A stretch of 64,000 nucleotides of DNA, taken from NCBI GenBank assembly GCA_038227875.1, contig JBBRPR010000012.1, positions 64,001-128,000 on the forward strand, given 5' to 3'. Below are positions 1 through 9,851 of this stretch, one piece after another. The stretch's first letter is position 1. Every line of letters starts with the position of its first letter. This DNA is from Planctomycetota bacterium. Its GTDB lineage: Bacteria > Planctomycetota > SZUA-567 > H5-PLA8. The position numbers were made by a program, and so were the translations under genes. The notes below the pieces were generated by a model, which worked only from the letters and a program-made list of their open reading frames with translations, did no database searches and was not told the origin of the DNA.

Positions 1-501
1 CCGGTGACGGCTGGAGTGCGCATTTCCGGCGTCGGCGGATCGAAATTCTTCCTTGAATGGGCCCGGGTCGACGACGAAATGAAGATTCGCTTCCTGGACA
101 ACACGGGCGGCACGGTCGATTTTGCATCGACCAGCATCAAGTGGCCGGACGACGGACACGCGCGCCTGGCCATCGAAACCAGCGACATGAAAGCCGGTGG
201 CAAGTGCAACTGCGATCTGTCGATCAACGGCAAGAAGGTGCGCGGCGTACCGCTGATGCTCAACCGCACCAATTCGGTTTCCGCTGGCGTGTTCGTAATC
301 GCTTCGCCGAATACCACGATCAGTGCGAGCGCCGACAACATCGCACTGCTCAGCCGCCATTCGTCGTCGACGACAGAAGGCACGGGCGCCGAAGCGATCA
401 AGATTCTAAATCCAGAGGACAAGAAGCCTGATCCGGCGCCTGCTCCTGCTCCAGCTCCCACACCCGCTCCATCTCCCGCACCGAACAAGGACGGCAAATG
501 A
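1..501 (+). CDS. C-terminal part of a hypothetical (probably exported) protein, truncated by the window edge
   Basis: Frame is open from base 1. Beta-rich sequence ends in a PAPAPAP tail. Stop overlaps the next ATG (ATGA). Confidence 0.75.
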   Translation, partial: PVTAGVRISGVGGSKFFLEWARVDDEMKIRFLDNTGGTVDFASTSIKWPDDGHARLAIETSDMKAGGKCNCDLSINGKKVRGVPLMLNRTNSVSAGVFVIASPNTTISASADNIALLSRHSSSTTEGTGAEAIKILNPEDKKPDPAPAPAPAPTPAPSPAPNKDGK

Positions 502-1013
502 AGATGCGCACTTCCGGACGGGGCTTCACGCTTATCGAAATGCTGGTGGTCGTGGTGATCATCAGCATTCTCAGCTCGCTGGTGCTGGCGGCTGTCTCGT
601 CGGCCCGCACGCGTGCGAAGGCGATGCAGACGCAGGGCACGATCACGGGTTTGGAAGCGGCGCTGGATCGCTATGAGTCGGATTTTCAGGACTATCCGCC
701 GTCCGATGGCGATCAGACCGGGCTTGTTGGCGCAGAGAATCTCTACGATTGCTTGACCACGACGATGAAGACCGGGCCGTATATCACGCGCACTTCAGAC
801 TTTCCAACCTGCGACCCGGGTAACCGCGACAAGCCCAAGTTCTGCGACGCGTGGAATCACCCGATCCGCTACATCCACCACCATGACTACGGCAACAAGG
901 CGCCGAACAAGAGCACGTTCCGACTGCTTTCCGATGGTCCCAACAATACCGCCGAGCAGGGGGACGCCAGCTCCGACGACATTGTCAATTGGAACAAGCT
1001 GCGGCCGGAATAG
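498..1013 (+). CDS. Major pseudopilin-like protein (GspG/T2SSG type)
   Basis: Prepilin motif GFTLIEMLVVVVII, then ALDRYESDFQDYP, DAWNHP and LLSDGPN...DDIVNW, typical of the GspG C-terminal domain. Confidence 0.85.
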   Translation: MKMRTSGRGFTLIEMLVVVVIISILSSLVLAAVSSARTRAKAMQTQGTITGLEAALDRYESDFQDYPPSDGDQTGLVGAENLYDCLTTTMKTGPYITRTSDFPTCDPGNRDKPKFCDAWNHPIRYIHHHDYGNKAPNKSTFRLLSDGPNNTAEQGDASSDDIVNWNKLRPE

Positions 1014-1022
1014 AGATGGGTT

Positions 1023-1049
1023 GACCCCAGGCCAGCTGGCCCGGGGGTC
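1023..1049. repeat. GACC...GGTC palindrome (27-bp variant)
   Basis: GACCCCAGGCCAGCTGGCCCGGGGGTC just after the gspG-like stop; preceded by GTAG on the minus strand. Confidence 0.6.
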
Positions 1050-1099
1050 TACAACGCCACGGCGTGCACTGCATCGTAGAGGCAGATTGCAAAGTAGCT

Positions 1100-1120
1100 G
1101 CAGGCGGGACGTCTGCTCCA
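1100..1120 (-). repeat. REP-like palindrome
   Basis: Minus strand reads TGGAGCAGACGTCCCGCCTGC; a related copy lies at 47508-47529. Confidence 0.55.
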
Positions 1121-1148
1121 AACTAACTAAACGATTGCAGGGACTGGC

Positions 1149-2216
1149 ATGAGCGTTCAGATTCGACATCTTCGGCGCTCAATCTCCGCGCGCGGCATGA
1201 CGCTGATCGAACTGCTCGCGGTCATGGCCATTCTCGCGACGATGATGGGACTCAGCGCCGCCGTCTACTGGCGCATGTCGCAGAATATGAAGGAGCAGGG
1301 CGCAGCAGCGGAGATCGATGTCGCGCTCCGCCAGGCGCGCACCAATGCCGTGGCTTCCAACGCGCCGGCGTTCGTGGAATTGGATGCCGAGAATCATCTC
1401 GTCATTCCATGGGTCTACAAAGTGGTCGGGCTGTGGCATTTTGAGAACAAGGACGGATTCGGCCGCACGCCTGGCGCGCATTCGTCGGCGATCCTGCGCA
1501 GTTCGGATCTCAAGGACGACGGTAAGATCGGCAAGTGCGCGTATCTTCCTCCCGGGTCCTGCATCGACCTGGGTGTCAATCCCGATTTTGATTGCGATGA
1601 CGGCGGCTATATTGAAGCCTACGTTCGTCCCTTCGGCATCAACGATGGAGGCACGGGCTACATCTTCTATAAGCAGGATTCCTATTACCTCACGATCAAG
1701 ATGGATGGAACACTGCAGGGCAATGCCGGCGGGAAAAATGTTGATGCTTCCGACTACCACCTCGCGGCCGGTCGTTGGACGAAGGTCGCGCTGGCGTGGG
1801 ATCGCCATTCCACGCGCATTTTTGTCGATGATGCGGCAGAGGCGATCGGACCGGGTTCGGTGCCGCAGGTGAACGATCATCCCTTATTGGTCGGCCATGA
1901 AGACGGCGGATTTGTGGGCCGCGTCGACGAGGTCCGCGTCATGTCGGCGAGCAAAGGTCGCCAGGTGTTTCTGCCGGGCACGTCGACGCTCAAGCACACC
2001 ACGCAGCCCTGGGACGCGGTGTACTTCGCCAACGACGGCACGCTCGACATTCGTCATCATGCCGGTCCGGTGAGCATCACGCTGCTGCAGGGGACGACGG
2101 TGCGCACAGTGACCGTCTCGATGCTGGGGCTGACCTCGCGCGAAGAAGTGCAGAACAAGGAACAGTACACGCAGGACGAACAGGCCAAGAATCCGGATCA
2201 GGCAAAGGGACCCTGA
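1149..2216 (+). CDS. Minor pseudopilin (GspH/FimT-like) with inserted LamG/ConA-like domain
   Basis: GMTLIELLAVMAIL; LRQARTNAV; VGLWHFE...WTKVALAWD...FVGRVDEVRV (LamG); VYFANDG at the C-terminus. Confidence 0.8.
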   Translation: MSVQIRHLRRSISARGMTLIELLAVMAILATMMGLSAAVYWRMSQNMKEQGAAAEIDVALRQARTNAVASNAPAFVELDAENHLVIPWVYKVVGLWHFENKDGFGRTPGAHSSAILRSSDLKDDGKIGKCAYLPPGSCIDLGVNPDFDCDDGGYIEAYVRPFGINDGGTGYIFYKQDSYYLTIKMDGTLQGNAGGKNVDASDYHLAAGRWTKVALAWDRHSTRIFVDDAAEAIGPGSVPQVNDHPLLVGHEDGGFVGRVDEVRVMSASKGRQVFLPGTSTLKHTTQPWDAVYFANDGTLDIRHHAGPVSITLLQGTTVRTVTVSMLGLTSREEVQNKEQYTQDEQAKNPDQAKGP

Positions 2217-2220
2217 CGCG

Positions 2221-5200
2221 ATGAGACACCGACTGGGAGTACGCGCGCGCGGCGTGGCCATTGTCATGGTCATCGCGATTCTCGCCGGGCTGATGGCCCT
2301 GGCGGCGCCGTTTGTATTTTCGATGATCCAGCAGAGCCGCGCGGCGCGTGCGGACATGCACGCGATGCGCGCGCGCGAAGGCGCTCAGGCCGCGGTGGCG
2401 CATGGCATGGCGCAACTGTATACGACGCTGCGATACGATCTGAAAGATGAGAGCCCGGAAGTCACAACGCTGCAGGACATCAAAATCTCGATGGAATTTC
2501 CGTCGGCGAGCCCTGAGTTCAATGCGCTCAACATGGAATTTCAGAACCCCGACGGCCAGCTCTGGTCTGTCCGAGCGGAGGACGAACAGGGCAAGGTCAA
2601 CGTCAATTCCGCGGTGCCGGCGCTGTTGGGCAATCTGATGGGTTCAGCGGTCACCACCGATAAAGCCGCCAAGGGCGACACGGTACTGACGGTCGACGAG
2701 ACGAGCAGTTTTTTTGGCGGCGGCGGGGACCCCTCGCGCGTAAAGGGCACGGTCTGCATCGAAGGCGAAGTACTGCGTTACACGAATGTGAGCGGCAGCA
2801 AGATTCAGCTGATGGATCCGTTGCAGCGAGGGCATTCCAGCGGCGCGCTGGTTTTCGACGGCCGCGCCAACGCGATTGTGAATTTTCCGTATAAGAATGG
2901 CGGCCGTCGCTATTCCTCGACGTACGAAGTGAAAACCGCATGTGCCGGACTGGGTTTGGCCGCGGACGAATTCGCACGCATTGAACGGCTGATCACGGTT
3001 CACTCCGGCCTTGACGGTCCGGAATGGGGTCACTTCCCGCTGCCCACCCCGCAGGGGGCGGGAGCCTCGAATTTCGTCAATAATCCGCAACAACCGAATA
3101 ACCAGAATCAGCGCAAGCCGTCGAACAATCTACAGGCGGACTCGGGCATCGGACCCGGAACGCTGCTACGCGATTCGCAGGGCCAGAACTATGGCCGTCT
3201 CGCGCACGTGACCCGGCGCTTCGATGGCACGCTGGTGCTAGAATACGAAGCGGGTATGCAGATCAATATCGGCACGCAGCAAAGTCAGGTCGGAGGCAAT
3301 GTGGCCTCGCCTTACGTGGAGCCACTTCAGCTTCATCCGATCAACATTAATACCGCGCCGCGAGACGTGCTGATCGCGTGTTTCAAGGGGCTCTGCATCG
3401 AAGGCCACAACAACGCGATCAAGCGCGCCACGGCCGAAGCGCTGGTCGACTTCATGTTCCGACAGAAAAAGTCGTACGCCACGAAGGAAGAGCTGCGCAG
3501 GGTCTTCGAGCAGGCGCACAAGGCCGGCATCCTGACGATCCAGGATCGCGACGCCGCGTTCATCAATGCGACGGAAATGAGCAGCCTGAAATTGCGCACG
3601 TCGACTGTCCCATTCTGCTTCCATTCGTGGGGCACGTACACGCTGGAAGGCAGCGGCGTCGAGAACTCGGACAACGGTGTGCAGTTGGCTCGCAATACCG
3701 TTCGCCAGATCGTCAGCCTGCCGACACCGATGTCCAATCGCTTTAAAATTCAATACCAGTCCGGATTTCAGGATCTGGTCGACCGCGGCATGACCAGCCG
3801 TGTGGTTACGTTTCCAGTACCCATTTTGAAATACCGCACACAGAAGGATGCTCCGGAATTGTTCCTGCCGGATTCCACTTCCGGCAATGTGCGGCTGGAC
3901 GTCGGCGAATCGGGACTCTTCAATCTTCAGGGCGAGCAGTTCGACCACTGCAACAATCCGCAGGAGAACGGTTACCGGCAGGACGGCTACGACTTGCGCC
4001 AGCACGATGGCTGGACACTCGATCCGGCCACGAACCTGGGGCAGACGCCCAATCAGGTTGCGTCGGTTCCGACGTCGCTTGAAATGTGGTATCGGCCTCT
4101 GGGAAGTTCGAACTGCGTGCTCTACGAAGAAGGCCTGGAAGATGAACGCAACCGCGTCACGTTCTCCTACGATCCGCGCCATCAGCCTGTCGGCGGCATG
4201 GTGATCTCGATTTACGACGCGGGCTTGGAATGCAAGGACGCCAACGTCAGCTTCCAGCATTTGAAGCGCAAGCCGGTGGAGTTCATCTACCCGGTAACGC
4301 TGGAAGCCGGGGACTGGTACCACCTTGCCGGTTCGTGGAAGACTAGCCAACCCAATGGACAGGAAGTACGCGTCGACGCGCAGCCCGTCCCGTCGCCTCA
4401 GGATGGCGAGATCGTGAACCGGCCGGGCACGAAACTCGGGTCGGATTTGGGACTCGACGACATCGACACGATGGAACTGGAAGACGCCGACAAGGCCGAC
4501 TTTCCCAACGCCGGAGCGGTAAAAGTCGGCGAAGAAATTATTGAATACCAGACCCGCAGCGGCACGTCGTTGAAGACGCTCAACCGCGGTGCGCGCATGA
4601 GCGCCATTGCCAAGCACTCGCAGGGCGAGCTGGTGATCCCGTACGGTTACTCCAACCATCTGGCGCAAAATCTGCGCGTGGGCGGCGCGACCTTGTCGGA
4701 GGACCTCGACATGGCGCAGAACACGCACACGGTCGTGAACATGCCCTCACCGCCGAACAAATACCGCTTCGTGCTCGACACCGATACCGGCAAGATTCCC
4801 GTCGACGACGCCACGAATTTTCCGCCGTCCGGATATGCGATCTGCGAAGGCGAAGTGTTTTACTATGGCCGCAAGACTGCGACGTCACTCGAACAACTCA
4901 CCCGCGCGTACAAGGGACCCGCGCGCAATCTGCACGACCGCGCGCAAATTACGCTCTGCAGCATCCAGATTTCCAACTCGGCGCAGTACGATCCCAAGGG
5001 CATTGTCCAGATCGACGACGAAACCAACGACAAGAAAGTGGAATGGATCTATCACGACGCCAAAGAAATCAACAACGGCAAGCACTACCTGGTCGGTCTG
5101 CTTTACACCGCCAACAACCTGGGTGGGTATCGCACTACCACCATGGACACTCCCACACCGTCAGGCGGCACGAACTGGGGTATGGCGAACTTCCGCAATC

Positions 5201-6708
5201 AGTTCGGCATCGGCGGCGTCAAGATGGCGCATTCAAAAAAGGCGAAAGTCATTCCCGTGGTGCGGATGAGCGGCCCCCAGTGCGGCAACCAGGCCTCGCC
5301 CTACGGCGATCAGGGCATCAGCGAGCTCTCGATCCTTGAGAAGGGGCGGACCGACGGCGATCTGCGTTACGTCAAGCAGGCGTACATCGCGCAGTACCCG
5401 AACTTCAACGGTCAGCCTTGTCCGCAGACGCAGTTCACGGGCTGGGGTTTTGACTTCTACGTAGGCCTCAACGATTTCGTCTCGCGCGATTTTCCCGCGA
5501 ACACCACGCGCTTCCTGAAATGGCCTTCGGGTGAGCTGCCCGACGCCGTCGGCGCCAAGCGCCACATCTGTGCGGACCGGAACGGCAACACCATGAAGGG
5601 CCATGTCGACGAATGGATCTGCAACATTCACAACACCACCGTCGGTCGCATCGCGATGACCACCGAAGGGCAGGGGATCAAGGCTGCCGACGAAACCATC
5701 GACCTGGAAGACTTCGATGCGTGGCCTCAAAACGGCACGGTCGGTAACCGTCTCAACTGGCCGCAAACGGGTGGGCTGGTGCGCATCGAGAACGAGCTGC
5801 TCTTCTATAAGTCCGCAACGCAGGGCGATATTCAGTTCTACGCTGATGTCTTCCCGCCCCTGAAGGACAAGCCGCCGCAACGCACCAAGTCTGACCGCAC
5901 GATTTCGTACTGCGGCAAGACCGAAACGCATCCGAATATTCAGACTCGCCACGTTGTCCGGCTCAATGGCGTGATTCGCGGCGTCTTCGGGACGAAAGCC
6001 GACAAGCATCCGCTCGGTGCGGCGGCGATGCTCTTCGACGGCATGCCGGTCTCCATGCTGACGAGTTTGATGAAAACGAAAGACGACACGTTCAACATCA
6101 AGAACGGAGCGGGATTTCCCAACGAGGGCTATGCGCTGCTGGGCAACACGCGCAACGGCACGGAAATCGTTTCGTGGCAACAGGGAGGCGGCACCTCGTT
6201 CTCTGGTTGTGCGCCGTTCCGCGGGCGTTTCGGCACAACCGAGCAGGATCACGACGCCGACGAGATTGTGCGCTGCCTGCCGTTCCGGTATTGGGACCGG
6301 GACTCGCTGACATACGACGGCGCAGGATTGGCGTATGTTCAAAGCGGCTACTACGCGACTGAGGCGACGTGGGACGGCATCGAACTTCTCCTGACCGGCA
6401 CAGAAGAACAACCGCGTCCCAACACCGTGCGGCCGCGCATGCTCATCCGTTACGATGGCAAGCCCGCGTGGGATGCGGAGCCCACCAATCAGCCCGGCGG
6501 GCTCTATGAGTACCTCTACCGGGACGGATATCTGCAACTGGGTGGTATCCACGCCAACCAGATCGAAATCCGCGTGTACTGGGACTTTACACACGGGTCT
6601 TTCCAGCCGGGACTGGACTGGAAGCGGACGTTCAGTATCGAGAAGCTGCGGGGCGTGTACCATACTCCACTCATCATGAGGCGAATGGAAGAAGTTGAGC
6701 GGCGCTGA
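2221..6708 (+). CDS. Giant GspK/PilX-like pseudopilin (1495 aa) with LamG domain and repeated beta modules
   Basis: GVAIVMVIAILAGL (no E5); A..GAQAAV; EDEQGKVNVNSA; HPININTAPRDVL; LamG-like SLEMWYRP...GDWYHLAGSW. Confidence 0.8.
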   Translation: MRHRLGVRARGVAIVMVIAILAGLMALAAPFVFSMIQQSRAARADMHAMRAREGAQAAVAHGMAQLYTTLRYDLKDESPEVTTLQDIKISMEFPSASPEFNALNMEFQNPDGQLWSVRAEDEQGKVNVNSAVPALLGNLMGSAVTTDKAAKGDTVLTVDETSSFFGGGGDPSRVKGTVCIEGEVLRYTNVSGSKIQLMDPLQRGHSSGALVFDGRANAIVNFPYKNGGRRYSSTYEVKTACAGLGLAADEFARIERLITVHSGLDGPEWGHFPLPTPQGAGASNFVNNPQQPNNQNQRKPSNNLQADSGIGPGTLLRDSQGQNYGRLAHVTRRFDGTLVLEYEAGMQINIGTQQSQVGGNVASPYVEPLQLHPININTAPRDVLIACFKGLCIEGHNNAIKRATAEALVDFMFRQKKSYATKEELRRVFEQAHKAGILTIQDRDAAFINATEMSSLKLRTSTVPFCFHSWGTYTLEGSGVENSDNGVQLARNTVRQIVSLPTPMSNRFKIQYQSGFQDLVDRGMTSRVVTFPVPILKYRTQKDAPELFLPDSTSGNVRLDVGESGLFNLQGEQFDHCNNPQENGYRQDGYDLRQHDGWTLDPATNLGQTPNQVASVPTSLEMWYRPLGSSNCVLYEEGLEDERNRVTFSYDPRHQPVGGMVISIYDAGLECKDANVSFQHLKRKPVEFIYPVTLEAGDWYHLAGSWKTSQPNGQEVRVDAQPVPSPQDGEIVNRPGTKLGSDLGLDDIDTMELEDADKADFPNAGAVKVGEEIIEYQTRSGTSLKTLNRGARMSAIAKHSQGELVIPYGYSNHLAQNLRVGGATLSEDLDMAQNTHTVVNMPSPPNKYRFVLDTDTGKIPVDDATNFPPSGYAICEGEVFYYGRKTATSLEQLTRAYKGPARNLHDRAQITLCSIQISNSAQYDPKGIVQIDDETNDKKVEWIYHDAKEINNGKHYLVGLLYTANNLGGYRTTTMDTPTPSGGTNWGMANFRNQFGIGGVKMAHSKKAKVIPVVRMSGPQCGNQASPYGDQGISELSILEKGRTDGDLRYVKQAYIAQYPNFNGQPCPQTQFTGWGFDFYVGLNDFVSRDFPANTTRFLKWPSGELPDAVGAKRHICADRNGNTMKGHVDEWICNIHNTTVGRIAMTTEGQGIKAADETIDLEDFDAWPQNGTVGNRLNWPQTGGLVRIENELLFYKSATQGDIQFYADVFPPLKDKPPQRTKSDRTISYCGKTETHPNIQTRHVVRLNGVIRGVFGTKADKHPLGAAAMLFDGMPVSMLTSLMKTKDDTFNIKNGAGFPNEGYALLGNTRNGTEIVSWQQGGGTSFSGCAPFRGRFGTTEQDHDADEIVRCLPFRYWDRDSLTYDGAGLAYVQSGYYATEATWDGIELLLTGTEEQPRPNTVRPRMLIRYDGKPAWDAEPTNQPGGLYEYLYRDGYLQLGGIHANQIEIRVYWDFTHGSFQPGLDWKRTFSIEKLRGVYHTPLIMRRMEEVERR

Positions 6709-7993
6709 CACAAAAACTTCTGCAACAAGCACGGTGAAAACCCGGCGCGGCATGACGCTCGTCGAGGTCATGATCACGTTGTCGATTTTTATCGTGCTGG
6801 CCGGCATGACCTTGATGGCCGTGCGCGAAGTCATCGCGAGTTGGACGATCGGCGAGCGCCGCCGGGTGCTTTATGAAAAGGCTTCGGCGTCGGTTGACCT
6901 GATGGCCGACGACATCCGGCAGATGATCACACTGGAGGAGCCCAACGCGACCAGTCAGCCGCTGGACGTTCGCGCCAAGATGATCGGCGACATCGACTCA
7001 ACCACCGGATTACAGCGCCTGATGTTCGTGCGCGCATTCGAAGGCGGACCCGAACGCGCACTGACGCTCAACGCCGGTGATGGAAAGGTAAACGAGACGG
7101 CCTTTACTCCCGATAAGAAGGTGGAAGGTGTGAAGGCTGGCCCCGCCGTGGCGACGCCGGACACCGCGGATTTTACCGGCCAGAAGATCGCCGACTTCAA
7201 GGCGCTCGGCGGCATGGCGATGATTGGTTATTTTTTGGCGATTGATCCGCAGACGCACGAACGAACGCTTTACCGTGCCGTCCACGCGCCGGTGGCGGGG
7301 CCGTTGTCGACGATGATGACGCCGGAAACCGCGCAGGTGGTCGCGTCCGACGTGCTTTACCTGGGCTTCGACTATTGGAGTCAAAACACGGATTCGTGGA
7401 AGGATCAGGCGTCCGATTCGAAGGTCAAAGGTCCGGAGAAGATATGGGATTCGACGCGCGGCATCCGTCCGCTCAACCATTTCAGCCTCTACCGCGGCAC
7501 CGATTCGCTCAACGATCCGTCCGACGACGTCTTTCCGCAAATGATCAAGATCATTGTCACGGTTGATTCTCCGATGCCCCGCTGCGTCAACACCAAGTTG
7601 TCCGACGACATTGGCGAACGCGATGGGGAAGTCGGTGTCGAGAGCACCAAGGGTTTTCCAGACGGCGGCGACGACGACTCATATATCCTGATCGACGACG
7701 AGTGGCTGCATTACAGCAAGAAGACCGAATACAGTTTTGTCATCGACAAGCGCGCTCAGCGGGGCACGCACGCGGTTGGACATTCGGCACGGGCGAGCAT
7801 TCGCGTCGGCCGGACATTCCGCCGCATCGTCTACATTCCCAATTGGCGCTCAAACTACATGTCCAATGAAGAGTACTTCGCACGGCGTGCGGAGCAGTTG
7901 AATCAGAGTCAAAATCAGAATCAGAACCAGAACAACGGCGGAAACCGTAAAAATAATAACAATAACAACCGGCGGCGGAGGACCGACGAATGA
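6695..7993 (+). CDS. GspJ/PilW-like minor pseudopilin
   Basis: GMTLVEVMITLSIF; DLMADDIR; RTLYRA; C-terminal GFP..YILIDDEWLHY module; N/Q-rich tail. Start may be GTG 6734. Confidence 0.8.
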   Translation: MSGADTKTSATSTVKTRRGMTLVEVMITLSIFIVLAGMTLMAVREVIASWTIGERRRVLYEKASASVDLMADDIRQMITLEEPNATSQPLDVRAKMIGDIDSTTGLQRLMFVRAFEGGPERALTLNAGDGKVNETAFTPDKKVEGVKAGPAVATPDTADFTGQKIADFKALGGMAMIGYFLAIDPQTHERTLYRAVHAPVAGPLSTMMTPETAQVVASDVLYLGFDYWSQNTDSWKDQASDSKVKGPEKIWDSTRGIRPLNHFSLYRGTDSLNDPSDDVFPQMIKIIVTVDSPMPRCVNTKLSDDIGERDGEVGVESTKGFPDGGDDDSYILIDDEWLHYSKKTEYSFVIDKRAQRGTHAVGHSARASIRVGRTFRRIVYIPNWRSNYMSNEEYFARRAEQLNQSQNQNQNQNNGGNRKNNNNNNRRRRTDE

Positions 7994-8424
7994 CGCGCCG
8001 GACTTCCCGCCCACGCGGTATGACGCTGATTGAAGTGCTGATCTCGTTTGCGATTTTGCTGACGGGCATGGTCAGCATTTTCGCTGTGCTGAACGCGGGG
8101 TTCGCGAACCACAAGCGCGCGATCAACGAGACGGAAGCCTCAATCGCAGCCGAATCGCTGCTCGATGGCATGCGCGCGGACTTTGCCGCGGGAAGTGTGC
8201 CGAGTTCCGATCTGAAGACATCCTTCCGCGAATACCCTGATGACCCACGCTTTACTTACAACCGGCTGGTGTTGCCGTTGGCTCCTGCGCGGCGCGGCAC
8301 CATCGGCGGAGCGGCCGATAAGGAATATTTCGTCCGCGTCACCGTGCGCTGGATGGAGAAGGGCGACGACAAGCTCGTCTCGTGCGACACGATCATGTTC
8401 CGCGGCGAAGACCGGCGGCGCTGA
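7990..8424 (+). CDS. GspI/PilV-like minor pseudopilin
   Basis: GMTLIEVLISFAILL; C-terminal YFVRVTVRW; ATGA overlap with the previous gene. Confidence 0.8.
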   Translation: MTRRTSRPRGMTLIEVLISFAILLTGMVSIFAVLNAGFANHKRAINETEASIAAESLLDGMRADFAAGSVPSSDLKTSFREYPDDPRFTYNRLVLPLAPARRGTIGGAADKEYFVRVTVRWMEKGDDKLVSCDTIMFRGEDRRR

Positions 8425-8427
8425 TGA

Positions 8428-9168
8428 CTAACCGCCGGCCAGCGCGCGGCGCCACGTGGCGAGGACGTTTTCGCAGACCTGGGGGATTCCCACGCCCTTC
8501 GTAACCTGTGTGAAGAGGAATGGTCCGTCACCGCGCATTTTGCGGGCGTCGCGTTCCATCACTTTCAGATCAGCGCCGACATGCGGAGCGAGGTCGGTCT
8601 TGTTGATCACCAGCAAATCCGACTGCGTGATGCCGGGTCCGCCCTTCCGCGGGATCTTGTCGCCGCCGCTCACGTCAATCACATAGATGGTATAATCGAC
8701 CAGTTCGCGGCTGTATTGCGCGGCGAGGTTGTCACCGCCGCTTTCCACGAAGAGCAACTCGGGATGCAGGTCTTCCATGAGTTGCTCGAGGGCCAGCAGA
8801 TTGTGGCTGATGTCTTCGCGAATCGCCGCGTGCGGGCAGCCGCCGGTCTCGACGGCGCGAATGCGCGTCGCCGGCAGCGCCTGATTGCGGATTAGGAATT
8901 CTGCATCTTCTTTGGTGAAGATGTCGTTGGTGACGACGCCGAGCTGAAATTCATCACGCAAAGCGCGGCAGAGCGCCAATAGCAGCGCGGTCTTGCCGCT
9001 GCCCACGGGGCCACCGATGCCGACGGTGAACGAGCGGGCCTTGTAGTCGCGCGAGAGCGGTTTGTCGCGTTCGTGGAAAAGTCCGGCGTGCGCCCAGTTC
9101 TCGTGCGTGTGGCCGTGATCGCCGTGACTGTGCCCGTGTTCGCCGTGACTGTGGCCGTGGTCGTTCAT
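8428..9168 (-). CDS. ureG: Urease accessory GTPase UreG with His-rich N-terminus
   Basis: [46 protein letters not shown]. Confidence 0.97.
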   Translation of the reverse strand: MNDHGHSHGEHGHSHGDHGHTHENWAHAGLFHERDKPLSRDYKARSFTVGIGGPVGSGKTALLLALCRALRDEFQLGVVTNDIFTKEDAEFLIRNQALPATRIRAVETGGCPHAAIREDISHNLLALEQLMEDLHPELLFVESGGDNLAAQYSRELVDYTIYVIDVSGGDKIPRKGGPGITQSDLLVINKTDLAPHVGADLKVMERDARKMRGDGPFLFTQVTKGVGIPQVCENVLATWRRALAGG

Positions 9169-9183
9169 CGGTAGTGCTCCATG

Positions 9184-9843
9184 CTAAGAGTAGAACAAAC
9201 GCGAGTAGAGTCGGTCGTGAGTGGCCTGAAAAATGTCCAGCAGCGGGGCCGTCTGCGCAAGGTCCTCGCGATTGAGTTCGCCACAGCGGTCGAGAACCGC
9301 GTTGACGTGCGGGTACGCGGCGAACTGAAGCTGCTGGCCTTCAAACGGTCCTACGATGCCCAGGCGGACGGCCGCCGAGACTATGCCGCGGAGCTGCGTG
9401 AAGAGGCAGAGTTCCTGCGTGTGGAAAAGATTGACGCTCAGCGCTCGCATCGTGGCTCCGCAGAGGGGCGCGTAATGAAAGCTGGATTTTGCTGCTTTGG
9501 CGGTGCGTTGGAGCGCGTCGATTTCCGGGAGCGGAAAGCAGCGCCCGCACGTCGAGAGCAACGCGCGGCCTTGCATGCGGCTGGCACGGTTGGCGACGGC
9601 GTTGGTCAAGAAGATGTCGCAGCGGCGGTCAAGCTCTAGTAGATCCTCCGGCGCATGATGCGCGGCGTTGACGAGCGGGACCACGCCGAATCCGGTCTGC
9701 CAGAGCGAATCGACGAGAAAACTTTGCAACGCGGCTGCGTTGGCAACTTCGCCCTGCTGCCACGCGGCTTCCAATCCGGCAGAGTGGGCGAAGCCGCCCG
9801 TCGGAAATGCTGAGTCGGCGAGTTGGAGCAGTAGCCAGTCCAT
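9184..9843 (-). CDS. ureF: Urease accessory protein UreF
   Basis: Starts MDWLLLQLADSAFPTGGFAHSAGLE and ends HDRLYSRLFYS. The ORF-track extension to 10194 overlaps ureC and is rejected. Confidence 0.93.
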   Translation of the reverse strand: MDWLLLQLADSAFPTGGFAHSAGLEAAWQQGEVANAAALQSFLVDSLWQTGFGVVPLVNAAHHAPEDLLELDRRCDIFLTNAVANRASRMQGRALLSTCGRCFPLPEIDALQRTAKAAKSSFHYAPLCGATMRALSVNLFHTQELCLFTQLRGIVSAAVRLGIVGPFEGQQLQFAAYPHVNAVLDRCGELNREDLAQTAPLLDIFQATHDRLYSRLFYS

Positions 9844-9851
9844 GCCGGGCC

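Noticed and set aside
7900..7975. AATCAG/AAC-rich repeat
   Set aside because: Encodes a low-complexity N/Q tail; not a DNA element.
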